From Scyliorhinus canicula (Eukaryota), in the NCBI RefSeq assembly GCF_902713615.1, contig NW_024055498.1, forward strand, positions 124,001-188,000: 64,000 nucleotides of DNA, in the 5' to 3' direction. The notes below the pieces were generated by a model. The model saw nothing but the letters and a program-made list of their open reading frames with translations. It was not told where the DNA came from and searched no databases. Numbering within the stretch: the first letter of the stretch is position 1; every line of letters starts with the position of its first letter. The position numbers were made by a program, and so were the translations under genes. Below, one piece after another: positions 26,820 to 38,530 of the stretch.

Positions 26820-27490
26820 AATGAGGTCCGGGCTCAGCTCCACCCCTCATTCACTCTGATTGGTTGGAGGATCAGCTGCTCCCGCTAGTTCTCCAGTCCC
26901 GCCCCCTTTGTCTATTGGTCCGGAGCTGCTGTCAATCACTCCTCGGGGGCATGGTGAGCAGGAGCATGCGCAGTATTGAGAGTAACTCCGGTTCAGGCGA
27001 TCGTTTGGAAATTCTCAGTCGATCTGATACCGCCGGGTAAGCCGGGAGGGAGTCGGCGGGTGGCTTCATGAACACACCGTGCAGGCCGTAAGCCCCGAAT
27101 ACTCGGATACGACATTTGACGGCAAAAATTGCGCGGGCTTTTATCCCAGACAGGCCCAAATTAACCGCCCACTGAGGCTCTGTCCCGCCTCCCATTTACT
27201 CTGATTGGCTGGAGGACTACCTGCTCTCGTTCGGTCCTCCAGCCGTGCCACCTTTTCTATTGGTCCGAACCCGCCGTCAATCAGTCCCCGGGCATTGTGA
27301 GCTGAAGCAACCTCGTCACCATCATCGTCAGCTCCCTGGTTTGTAGGCCCAGGTTAACGGGCACCATCCTTCTTCCCACACTGGAGGGTGGTTCACAACA
27401 CAGGGTGGGGGGGATAATAAATAAGAGTTTACACTTTGCACTCAAATCAATGACGACTCTGATCTCTGGCAAGGAAGGAAACCCTGTCAG
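26820..27490 (+). promoter_or_regulatory. Promoter cassette type B (internally duplicated) upstream of the 28872 ZNF
   Basis: Reverse complement of 4860-5270. The ATTGG/CCGCCC unit is present twice (26830-26950 and 27175-27300). Confidence 0.6.
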
Positions 27491-28871
27491 GTGGGCGGGG
27501 AGGGTTCACCAACACCCGCTGAAGGCCCCAAACCAATTGATTTTATTGTCAGTCTGCAAACAGGAGCTGAAGAACCCAGACAGAGGGGAGGCAGGGAGGA
27601 AAGAGATGGGTTTGGATTTCAGCCCAGGGAGGAGGGAGAGTGTGTGGGACGGGGATTTACAGTTTTGGGGGAACAAGAGAGAAAGAAATGTTCCAGAGAA
27701 ACTAGAATTGCCTGTTCAGAATTTCTATCCTGGACTGATAGTGGTGGCTTTTGTAAACTCCTTTTCCAGGGAGTTAGAAGTAGGGAATTTACACAAAAAA
27801 ACAACCCAACAGAAAGGTTTGTCTCTTTGCAAATTCTATCCTGCATTTACTTTTGTAAAATGAGAGATTACAGCGATCAGGAAATATTATATGGAGTGGG
27901 GCATTATGGAGTGGAGTGGGAGAGGGGCTGGTTTAGCTCACTGGGCTAAATCGCTGGCTTTTAAAGCAGGCCAGCAGTACGGTTCGATTCCCGTACCAGC
28001 CTCCCCGGACAGGCGCCTGAATGTGGTGACTAGCGGCTTTTCACAGTAACTTCATTGAAGCCTACTCGTGACAATAAGCGATTTTCATTTCATCCATTTC
28101 ATTTTTCTCTATTGAAAACAAGGAAGTAAGCAGTGACCTGATAGAAATCTTGTAAATTATCAGTAGTTTGGAGAGGGGTGATGGGAGAGAGTCTAAAACT
28201 GGGTACGATCAATAAACGACGAGTCATAAATCCAAGATAGTTACAAATAAATCAAAGGGGGCAATACGGACAAATTTATTTACTTACAGGTTTAGAATGT
28301 GCAACTCATTACCATGGAAAGATGAGATAGGTGGGACAGTAGGAGATTTGTGCCAAGTATGGACAGCAGCAGAATCTGTGACAGAATGGCCTGTTTGTGT
28401 CTTAATATGTTCACAGTAATTCAATGCAATGACCTTTTGCAGAATATTTGCAGATGCAAACATCATGTCAAGATCTCACAGAGACCCTTGATTCATCAGG
28501 ACCGGCCTTTTGACATGGAAGGAGAAATGTTTGTTTTGTCTTTGGGGAAAAATGATAAAACTCACTTTGATTGGAAAAGCACCAAGACACATACATCTAA
28601 GTAATTTTCCACAGTTAGCTGGAACTGAGCTTTAACCAATCACACAGCATGAAATGAAATTGCAGCATTTACATCAGAGAGACACCGTATTCGGATTTCA
28701 ACTGATGATCCAAGTTGGAGAGACATAAGGACATTCGCACGACAGCAATCAAGAAGCAGCAATTGGACATTCAGCCCCGTGAGCCTGTTCCACCATTTAA
28801 TAACATCACTGCTGATCTGATAGTGACCTCAAATCTGCATCCCACCTACACCTGATAACTTGTCGATAACC

Positions 28872-29807
28872 ATGGAGAAACCATGGAAATGTGGGGACTG
28901 TGGAAAAGGATTCAAATCCCCGTCTGAATTGGAAACTCATCGACGTATTCACACTGGGGAAAGGCCGTTCACCTGCTCCCTTTGTGGGAAGGGATCCACT
29001 ACATTATCCAACCTCATCACACACCAGCATGTTCATACTGACCAGAGACCGTTTAAATGTGCTGACTGTGAGAAGAGCTTTAAAAGCAGAAAGGATTTAT
29101 TGTTCCACCAACGCAGTCACACTGGGGAGAGGCCGTTCACCTGCTCCATGTGTGGGAGGGGATTCACTCAGACATCGAACCTCCGGACACACCAACGTGT
29201 TCACACTGACAAGAGATCTTTTAAATGTTCTGACTGTGAGAAGAGCTTTAAAAGTAAAAAATGTTTAATGATACATCAACGCACTCACACTGGGGAGAGG
29301 CCGTTCACCTGCTCTGTGTGTGGGAAGGGATTCACTTGTTCATCCCAGCTTCTGACTCATCAATCTGTTCACACTGATCAGAGACCTTTTAATTGTTCTG
29401 ACTGTGAGAAAACATTTAAAAGCAAAAGGGATCTTCTGAAACACCAACGCGTTCACACTGGGGAGAGGCCATTCACCTGCTCCAAATGTGGGAAGGGATT
29501 CACTCGGTCAGCCCACCTTCTGAGACACCATCGAGTTCACACTGGGGAGAGACCGTTCAGCTGCCCTATGTGTCGGCAGGAATTCAATGATTCATCCAAC
29601 CTGCTGCAACACCAGCGAGTCCACACTGGACAGAGACCGTACTCTTGCCCCGTGTGTGACAAGAAATTCACTCAGTCATCCCACCTGACTACACACCAAC
29701 TTGTTCACACTGATCAGAAACCTTTTAAATGTTGTGAGTGTGAAAAGAGATTTAAAAGTAAACCGAATCTGCTGAAACACCAGCGACTTCACACTGAAAC
29801 AGAATAA
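28872..29807 (+). CDS. Tandem C2H2 zinc-finger protein, 11 fingers (MEKPWKC-type)
   Basis: Open frame with 11 fingers. The stop comes from the adjacent SINE tail; a stranded further finger lies at ~30160-30240. Confidence 0.85.
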   Translation: MEKPWKCGDCGKGFKSPSELETHRRIHTGERPFTCSLCGKGSTTLSNLITHQHVHTDQRPFKCADCEKSFKSRKDLLFHQRSHTGERPFTCSMCGRGFTQTSNLRTHQRVHTDKRSFKCSDCEKSFKSKKCLMIHQRTHTGERPFTCSVCGKGFTCSSQLLTHQSVHTDQRPFNCSDCEKTFKSKRDLLKHQRVHTGERPFTCSKCGKGFTRSAHLLRHHRVHTGERPFSCPMCRQEFNDSSNLLQHQRVHTGQRPYSCPVCDKKFTQSSHLTTHQLVHTDQKPFKCCECEKRFKSKPNLLKHQRLHTETE

Positions 29808-30130
29808 TAGAATTTGCAATGCAGAAGGAGCCACTCGGTCCATTGAGTCTGCACCGGCCCTTGGAAAGTGCACCCTACTTGAGCCCACACCTCCACCATA
29901 ACTCCGCAACCCCACCTAACCTTTTTGGACACTAAGGGCAATTTAGCCTGGAAAATCCACCTAACCTGCACATCTTTTGACTGGGAGGAAACCAGACCAC
30001 CCGATGGAAACCCACGCAGGCACAGGGAGAACGTGCAGACTCCGTGCAGACAGTGACCAAAGCCGGGAACTGAACCTGGGACCTTGGAGCTGTGAAGCAA
30101 CAGTGCTATCCATTGAGCTACCATGCTGCC
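29798..30130 (-). mobile_element. HE1-like V-SINE inserted at the end of the ZNF ORF
   Basis: Head 'gggcagcatggtagctcaatgg...ggttcagttccc', V-domain and CR1-like tail. Confidence 0.9.
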
Positions 30131-31012
30131 CACACATGGAAACGTTACTGGGGAGTCACTGGGAGAGGCTGTTCAACTGCTCCGCGTGTGGAAGGAGATT
30201 CACTCAGTCAAACAACCTGCTCAGACATCAGCAAGTTCACAGGCAACAGCAGTGTTTGGATTCAGCTGTTGTTGCTGCTGTTAGACACATCCAGGACTGA
30301 ATGATGCCTGGACGTCTGTTTCCGGTGGGGCTCCACAGTTTTCTGGTATATATCAATGATTTAGACTGAAATGAATGCACTAGGATTATACAAAAGTTGC
30401 TGATGTGTTTTAGACAATAAAGGAGAAAGCCATGGACTGGGTCAGATGGAGATAAAAGTGGGAAATGGAAATTTAGATAATGAGAGGTTAATAATGTTAA
30501 TAATGAAATAAATAAAGACAGGGCAGGACATCCCAGCCCAGCGGATTACACATCCAGTTCCATTTGGGAAAACCAGGGCACGGCCATTGCGCTGGAAATG
30601 TCATCAGCTGGAGCAGCAGGAAGCAAAGGTGATTGGTTCAGAGGTATTTTTGTGATCGAAAGACTGTTTCCAGCGGAGTTCTGGATTGTTCAGGACAAGA
30701 TTCCAAGTTTTGTGTGGTATATATGAATGATTTAGACTTTCACAAAGGGACATGGTTGAGACATTTGCAGTGTGTGATTGACAGTGAGGAATAAAGTTGG
30801 AGACTACAGGAAGATATCGGTAGACTGATCAGCTGGGCAGTAAAGAAGCAAATGGCGATCAATCTGGAGGAGTGTGAGGTAATAAATACACTTGTGGTCC
30901 GTGTACAAGGACACACAGAACTTTCTCTACTGTGGTATTCTGCAGTCTCTCTATTTAAATTATTATTATTCCCAACATGGGTCAACTTCACTTTTTCCCC
31001 AAATTGTACTTT

Positions 31013-31628
31013 GGGCGGGATTCTCCCAGCCCCTGGCCGGAGAATCCCCGCACCACACCGCCCCGACGCTGGCACGTGATTCTGCGCTCCGCGGAGAATT
31101 GGCGCTGTGCATTTGGTGCGGTGCCGGTTGCGGGCTGCTGTACGCGGCCGGGCCAACGATTCACCGGCTCGAATGGGCCGAGCGGCCGCTCTGAAAAGGC
31201 AGTCCCGCAGGCGCCATCCACACCTGCTGGCAGCTGGCGGGGACTTCCGCTCAGGGTCGGGGGCGGCCTGTGGGCGAGGGGGCTCCGACCCGGGGGGGGG
31301 GCCCTCCGATGGGGCTTGGCCCGTGATCGGGGCCCACCGATTTGCGGGTCAGCCTCTCGCTCCCCAGGCCTATTTGTCACGCGCCGGCCCCTGAACTCCC
31401 ACGCCATGTTGCATCGGGACGGCATGTTGAGGGAGGCCACCGCGCATGCGTGGGTTAGCGCGGCGCACAGTTCGGAGGGCTCCAGTTGGGAGGCTGGAGC
31501 AGCATGAACCGCTCCAGTGCCGTACTGGCCCAGAATTGGTACTCCCCGCGGGCCGTTCATGCTGTCGTTAAACGCGACGGCATTCCCGACGCCGTGGACA
31601 CTCTGCCGCCGAATGGGAGGATCCCACC
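31013..31628. mobile_element. GC-rich non-autonomous element with terminal inverted repeats (MITE-like)
   Basis: Left GGCGGGATTCTCCCA (31014-31028) versus right TGGGAGGATCCCACC (31614-31628), 13/15 complementary. No clear TSD. Confidence 0.6.
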
Positions 31629-31679
31629 TGAGATCTGCCAAATATTTCACACTGACTTACTCTATGTATGATCGTTCTG

Positions 31680-31870
31680 CAGGCTGTGTAACTGGCTGAA
31701 GCTCTTTTCACAGTCAGTTCACTGGAACACTCACTTGAGCGTATGTGTATCGGCACGTTTCCAGTTACAATAATATTTGAAATCTTTTCCATGGGCAGAA
31801 TAGACTTAACATTGCTCCTTCCACATTCAAAGGCCTGTAACATTCTGATCCTATTGAATCGAATAACTGT
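31680..31870 (-). pseudogene. Finger-less ZNF exon remnant
   Basis: 'ggctgtgtaactgg..aagctcttt.cacagtcagttcactggaacac...ccacattcaaaggcc' is shared with the pre-finger parts of the MEKPWKC-type genes. Confidence 0.6.
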
Positions 31871-32399
31871 TAACCGTGAACATGGCACGGTAGCACAGTG
31901 GGTAGCTGTGTTGCTTCACAGCGCCAGGGTTCCGTCTTTGATTCCTGCTTGGGTCACCGTCTGTGCGGAGTCTGCACGTTCGCCCCGTGTCTGCGAGGGT
32001 TTCCTCCCACAAGTCCCGAAAGATGTGCTTGTTAGGTGGATTGGCATTCTGAATTCTCCCTCAGTTTACCCGGACAGGCACCAGAGTGTACCGACTAGGG
32101 CCTTTTCACAGTAACTTCATTGCAGTGTTAATGTAAGCCTACTTGTCATAAAGATTATTATTTTTTTTAAATAAATTTTATAGTACCCAATTCATATTTT
32201 TTTCCAATTAAGGGGCAATTTACCATGGCCTCATTGAATTGCAGTTCAGCATCAGTAAATAGAGGAGAGGAACCAGTGACTGTGAGATTGACGCAGACAG
32301 ACTTAGCACCCTGAGAGAAGGAGTTAGGGAAAAGTTGGAAAAAGTTTTAAAAACTCATCGTGTACTGATAGGAAAATAGAGGTATTTTAGAAATTGAAT

Positions 32400-32900
32400 A
32401 TAGCAGCGCAGATATTCACAAGAATTTATGTGTTGTATTTATTAATTCGCTTCAATTGCTGAACAAAATTAGTTTTCTTCTGTTTGGATGCTTCAATGGC
32501 GCTGCCGTTACCCAGCATTCCACGCGCTTGTGAACGTGCCCTATTCACTCTGCGGGAGGTCAGTGCGCAGGCTCAGTGCTGAGCTCTCCGGAACATGCGC
32601 AGTGTCACCTTGCCCAGAGGCGGGTGAGTGCGGGTTTTTGTTAATGGGAGAGAGCGGGCGGGGCGGAGGGAGGAATGGAGCCGGGAGGTGAGGGTGGGGA
32701 GGGAACGGAGGCTTCATAAACACCCGGGATAGGCCCCAAGCCCAAATATCACCTCGCAGGCCCGGGGTTTGTAGGTCGGAGGCTTTTTCCTGAGAATAGG
32801 CCCAGGTTTAAAAACCATCTTGTTTCAGCAGGAGCAGTGCGCATGTGGGACTTTTTGGACCAGCTGGAGTGGGCGGGGCTTCGGGATCCCAGTGACCAGG
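32400..32900 (+). promoter_or_regulatory. Promoter / first-exon cassette type A for the 33927 ZNF
   Basis: TTACCCAGCATTCCACGCG (ZNF143/SBS-like) at ~32508, CATGCGCA, GC box, donor GTGAGT at 32624, 'ccatcttgtttc' and TGCGCATG. Confidence 0.65.
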
Positions 32901-33926
32901 AGAGAAAATCTTTGACTCGTTGATCTTCATATCAATCCGCTAATGGGTGGGAAATGCCTCAAGTGGTAAATAACGGCTGATTATAAGAGGAGGAGGGGGG
33001 GGGGGGGTATTGAGGAGGCCGAATGGATGTGGAGGCTCCATAAACACCCTGTGGAGATTCCAGGAAATGATTAAGAATCTAATGTTCAATCCTGCGGGGC
33101 AACATCCGGGAGACTGGACCCATTTGTTTGGGGAGGGGACAGTGCGCCTGTGCAGTGCACCCTGTCCTGACAGCAGGAAGAGAGAATGTTGCGAATTTCT
33201 CTCCTGGACTGACAGTGTTGGGTTCTGGAAACTCCTTTTACAGGGGGGTTAGAAGGGGAGGATTTACACACAGTAAACTCAAACCAAGAGAAATATTTTT
33301 CTCTTCTGAATTTTTAATCCTGCACTGACAGTGATGACTTTTTACAGGACATTAGAAGAGCAGAATTTTAAGGTGGAAAACTCACCCAAGATTCACTTCA
33401 AAAACTGAGAGTCACTTAGTTCATCAGTACCCAAATGTAAGTGTTTCTGTTTTACAGAAGGTTAAAGATTTAAACATTTGTGCAGCTGGAAATAGGGTGG
33501 AGCAAGATTTGCAAACCAGGATGTTACTTAACCGGGGCCAGTAGGTCAGTGAGAACAGGGGTGATGAGTGAGTGGGACACAGTTCAGAGGACATGGTAGC
33601 AGATATTTGGATGAACTCAAGTTTGGCAGGTTCCCTACCCTGAACAACATCACTGAACCAGTTTGGTTTTTACAACAATCCAGCAGTTTTTATGGTCACT
33701 TATTCCTCGTGCCGGCCCCACAAGTGACCAGATTCATTCGGCTCAGTTTTACAACCTGCCCTTGTCTGTTTGTAGGTTTGCTCTTACACCATTTTCTATT
33801 TTTAATCAATTTCACAGGGTATTAGAAAGGGACAATTTGCAGTTTGGAAGCTGAAACCAAATATCACATCAGGATCTGATTGAGTCGTCCAATTTATCGT
33901 AACCTGAATATCTTTGGATTTTGAAT

Positions 33927-34965
33927 ATGGAAGGAGAAAGGACCATTCGCAGTTGGGAGAAACTGAACACGTGCTCTATGTGTGGACGAGACTTCAGCCA
34001 ATTATCTGACCTCCGGAACCACAAGTGCAGACACAATGGGGAGAAAGCATGGACATGTGCAGACTGTGGGAAGGGATTCAATTATCCAGTTGAGCTGGAA
34101 ACTCATCGGCGCAGTCACACTGGGGAGAGACCGTTCACCTGCTCCACATGTGGGAAGGGATTCAGTCTGTCTTGCAATCTGTTGGCTCACCAGCGTGTTC
34201 ACTCTGATGAGAGACCTTTTAAATGCCCAGACTGCGGGAATTGCTATAAAAGTTCTGGGGAAGTGATGCGCCATCAACGTATTCACAGTGACGAGAGGCC
34301 TTTCAGATGCTCTGACTGTGGGACTGGGTTCAGGCAATTATCTGACCTCACTGTACATCAGCGAATTCACATTGGAGAGAGCCCGTTTACCTGCAACGAG
34401 TGTGGGAAGGGATTCAGTCGGTCGTCACGCCTGATGACACACCAGTGAATTCACACTGGAGAGAGACCATTCTCCTGCGCTGTTTGTGGGAAGGAATTCA
34501 CTAATTCTTCAGCACTGCTGAAACACCAGCGAGTTCACACTGGGGAAAGGCCATTCACCTGTTCTGTGTGTGGGAAGGGATTCACTGGGTCAACCGACCT
34601 GCTGGAACACCAGCGTATTCACAGCGGGGAGAGACCATTTGGCTGCTCCACGTGTGGGAAGAGATTCACTCAGTCATCAACCCTGCAGACACACCAGCGA
34701 GTTCACACTGGGGAGAAGCCATTCACCTGCACTGAGTGTGGGAAAGGATTCACTCAGTCATCCCACTTACAGACACACAAGCGCATTCACAATGGGGAGA
34801 GGCCTTTCATCTGCTGCATGTGTGGGAAGGGATTCAGTGATTTATCCAACTTGCTGAGACATCAGCGAGTTCACAATGGAGAGATTAATTCACCTGCTCT
34901 GTGTGTGCGAAGGGATTCACTTGTTCATCCAGCCTGCTGAGACACCAAGGCAGTCACACCGGTTA
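33927..34965 (+). pseudogene. C2H2 ZNF (MEGE-type), ~11 fingers in one frame, broken by one TGA at 34446-34448; last finger frameshifted
   Basis: ORFs 33921-34448 and 34566-34940 share a frame. HQ*IH replaces HQRIH. Could encode a truncated 5-finger protein. Confidence 0.8.
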
Positions 34966-34979
34966 TAGAGACTTTTTCG

Positions 34980-35727
34980 ATGGTTTTGCCAATGTACCAC
35001 GCCTCGGGACATCCTTTCCCTCAGCGTATGAGGTAGGTAACGTTGGCCGAGTCGCACAAGAATGTACCGTGTACCTGGTGGGTGGTGTTCGCACGTGTAA
35101 TGGTGGTATCCATGTCGATGATCTGACATGTCGTGCAGAGGTTGTGACCATGCAGACACTGTGACAGCAGATGAACGGACATTGCGCGACAATCACCAGG
35201 CAGGAATGTTCCCTTCCAGTCGAGGAACTCTTCAGCAGTCAAGGGCATTCAGCCTCTGATCTCCGGGTAAGTGTTCTCCAAGGCGGCCTTCAGGATGCGC
35301 GACAACGCAGAATCGCCGATCAGAAAGTAATAGCCAAATTCCGCACACAGGTACGGCCTCAACTGGGACCTGGGATTCATGTTGCATTACATTCGCCTCC
35401 CGCCATCAGGCCTGGCCTTGCAAAATTCTACCAACTGTCCTGGCTTGAGACAATTCACACCTCTTTAACCTGTGATTATCCTTCTCTCCAGTTGCACCGT
35501 CTGGACCTATAAAGACTTAATTACCTGCAAAGTCTCTAATTCAAAGTATCACTTTGCATCATTGACTTTGTCTATATATGTGGTTGTGGAATCCACCTCT
35601 TCTTTCACCTGAGGAAGGAGCAGTGCTCTGAAAGCTAGTGATTGGAAACAAACCTGTTGGACTTTAACCTGGTGTTGTAAGACTTTTTACTGTGCTCACC
35701 CCAGTCCAACGTCGGCATTTCCACGTC
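34980..35727 (+). mobile_element. Penelope-like element (family 1) 3' part with inverted 5' segment
   Basis: 34980-35145 reads on minus CTTCQII...CDSANVTYLIR*GKGCPEAWYIG; 35146 onward reads on plus TMQTL*QQMNGH...KVIAKF (GIY-YIG). Confidence 0.85.
35606..35640 (+). ncRNA. Minimal type I hammerhead ribozyme
   Basis: CAC-CUGAGGA-A-GGAGC(AGU)GCUCU-GAA-AGCU-A-GUG. Confidence 0.7.
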
Positions 35728-35945
35728 TTGTTTTAAGAGGAAGCTCTAAAAAATATGTCCACTAATTTTAATCTTCCCCAGAGACCCTATTGAGACCCCT
35801 CAGCATCTTGCATGTTTTTGCAAGATTCCCTCTCATCAACTCCAGTGGGTTCAGACCCAACTTGTTCAACCATTCCTCATAAGATAAGCCCTTCAGCAGA
35901 GGAATTAGCCCAGTGAACCATCTCTGAACCACTTCTAATGCAATT

Positions 35946-35952
35946 ATATATA

Positions 35953-35991
<39 letters not shown>
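35946..35991. repeat. (TA)n microsatellite
   Basis: Direct inspection. Confidence 0.95.
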
Positions 35992-35995
<4 letters not shown>

Positions 35996-36522
35996 TATTA
36001 TTTATTTTTCCAATTGGGTGTCAGACACCCAGTGTGAGGATTTTGGAGTCAGTGGAGAGGGTCAAGAGAAGTGCTGTTGAGGGAGAGCTGGGTGTTAAAC
36101 CCACTTCACTGATCTAGATTCTGCTCTTCCCTCCTCCTTTGGCTTGGTAAACATTTTGTTTTGTCTGATATTGTCCACCTGTGATGTCCCTCGGGAGTTT
36201 TTCTTTCTATCTTTAAGTTTGTTTTTGATGGTTTTATGTTGGTGACTCCTGTGTGGGAGGGGTGGAATTTATTGTTCCCGACCACAGAAATCTCGTCAGA
36301 ACCAGGAAGTGAAAGTGAGGAGCTAAAGATTCCTGCCTGCTCTAATAGTGTCGTTCGTTCAAACGTTTAAATCATTGGTGAGAACTCCGACTTTACTGCA
36401 GCATTTTACTGCAATACAGGTATGGAGTAGGAGAAACAGAGATAGTGGAAGAGACCGGGATAGAGAGATACAGAGAGCTGGAGAGACAGGGAAGAGAGAG
36501 AGACACAGCGAGGGAGGTATGG

Positions 36523-36808
36523 AGGGCAGCATGGTGGTTAGCACTGCTGCCGCACAGCTACAGGGCCTCAGGTGACTGTCTGTGTGGAGTTAGCAGTTTC
36601 TCCCCGTGTGTGCGTGGGTTTCCTCCGGGTGCTCCTGTTTCCTCCCACAGTCCAAAATGTGCAGGCTAGGTGATTGGCCAAGATAAATTGACCCTTAGAG
36701 TCCAAAGGGTTAGGTTAGGTTACAGGGATAGGGTGGCAGCCTGGGCTGAAGTACGGTGTTCTTTCCAAGGGCCGGTACAGACTCAGTGGGCCAAATGGCC
36801 TTCTGCAC
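36523..36808 (+). mobile_element. HE1-like V-SINE
   Basis: Head 'gggcagcatggtggttagc', V-domain and tail. Confidence 0.85.
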
Positions 36809-36809
36809 T

Positions 36810-38530
36810 GAACATAGAGAACATAGAACATTACAGCGCAGCACAGGCCCTTCGGCCCGTGATGTTGCGCCGACCTGTGAAACCACTCTAAAGCCCATCT
36901 ACACTATTCCCTTATCATCCATATGTCTATCCAATGACCATTTGAATGCCCTAAGTGTTAGCAAGTCCACTACTGTTGCAGGCAGGGCATTCCACGCCCT
37001 TACTACTCTCTGAGTAAAGAACCTGCCTCTGACGTCCTATATCTATCTCCCCTCAATTTAAAGCTATGTCCCCTCGTGCTAGATATCACCATCCGAGGAA
37101 TAAGGCTCTCACTGTCCACCCTATCTAATTCTCTGATCATCTTGTATGCCTCAATTAAGTCACCTCTTAACCTTCTCTCTAACGAAAACAGCCTCGAGTC
37201 CCTCAGCCTTCCCTCATAAGATCTTCCCTCCATACCAGGCAACATTCTGGTAAATCTCCTCTGTACGCTTTCCAATGCTTCCACATCCTTCCAATGATGT
37301 GGCGACCAGAATTGCACGCAATACTCCAAATGCGGCCGCACCAGAGTTTTGTACAGCTGCAACATGACCTCATGGCTCCGAAACTCAATTCTTCTACCAA
37401 TAAAAGCTAACACACCGTACGCCTTCTTAACAACCCTCTCAACCTGGGTTGCAACTTTCAGGGATCTATATACATGGACACCGAGATCTCTCTGCTCATC
37501 CACACTACCAAGAATCTTACCATTAGCCCAGTACTCTATCTTCCTGTTATTCCTTCCAAAACTTTTCTGCATTAAACTCCATTTGCCACCTGTCAGCCCA
37601 GCTCTGCAGCTTATCTATGTCCCTCTGTAACTTGTAACATCCTTCTGCACTGTCCACAGCTCCACCGACTTTAGTGTCATCTGCAAATTTACTCACCCAT
37701 CCTTCTACGCCCTCCTCCAGGTGATTTATAAAAATGACAAACAGCAGTGGCCCCAAAACAGATCCTTGTGGTACACCACTAGTAACTGGACTCCAGTCTG
37801 AACATTTCCCATCAACCACCACCCTTTGTCTTCTTCCAGCTAGCCAATTTCTGATCCAAACTGCTAAATCACCTTGAATCCCATGCCTCTGTATTTTCTG
37901 CAATAGCGTACCGTGGGGAACCACGGTAGCATGGTGGTTAGCATAAATGCTTCACAGCTCCAGGGTCCCAGGTTCGATTCCCGGCTGGGTCACTGTCTGT
38001 GCGGAATCTGCACGTCCTCCCCGTGTGTGTGTGGGTTTCCTCCGGGTGCTCCGGTTTCCTCCCAGTCCAAAGATGTGCGGGTTAGGTGGATTGGCCATGC
38101 TAAATTGCCCGTAGTGTCCTAAAAAGTNNNNNNNNNNNNNNNNNNNNNNNNNNNNNNNNNNNNNNNNNNNNNNNNNNNNNNNNNNNNNNNNNNNNNNNNN
38201 NNNNNNNNNNNNNNNNNNNNNNNNNNNNNNNNNNNNNNNNNNNNNNNNNNNNNNNNNNNNNNNNNNNNNNNNNNNNNNNNNNNNGGGGGGGGGGGTTGTT
38301 GGGTTACGCGTATAGGGTGGATACGTGGGTTTGAGTAGGGTGATCATTGCTCGGCACAACATGAAGGGGCTGTACTGTTCTATGTAAACACTTTACTGAA
38401 ATCCATATACACCACGTCAACTGCTTTACCCTCATCCACCTGTTTGGTCACCTTCTCAAAGAACTCAATAAGGTTTGTGAGGCACGACCTACCCTTCACA
38501 AAACCGTGTTGACTATCTCTCATCAAATTC
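36810..38530 (-). mobile_element. CR1 LINE RT and 3' UTR, split by a SINE at 37921-38384
   Basis: SGVPQGSVLGP, SKFADDTK, LYKTLVRPHLEYCVQFWSP and RRLRGDLIEAYK. Confidence 0.92.
37921..38384 (+). mobile_element. HE1-like V-SINE containing an assembly gap (N at 38128-38284) at its poly-G tract
   Basis: Near-identical to the reverse complement of 606-960. Confidence 0.88.

Noticed and set aside
30977-31650. GC-rich ORFs of 176-220 aa
   Set aside because: They lie within the TIR element, high GC explains the lack of stops, and there are no transposase motifs.
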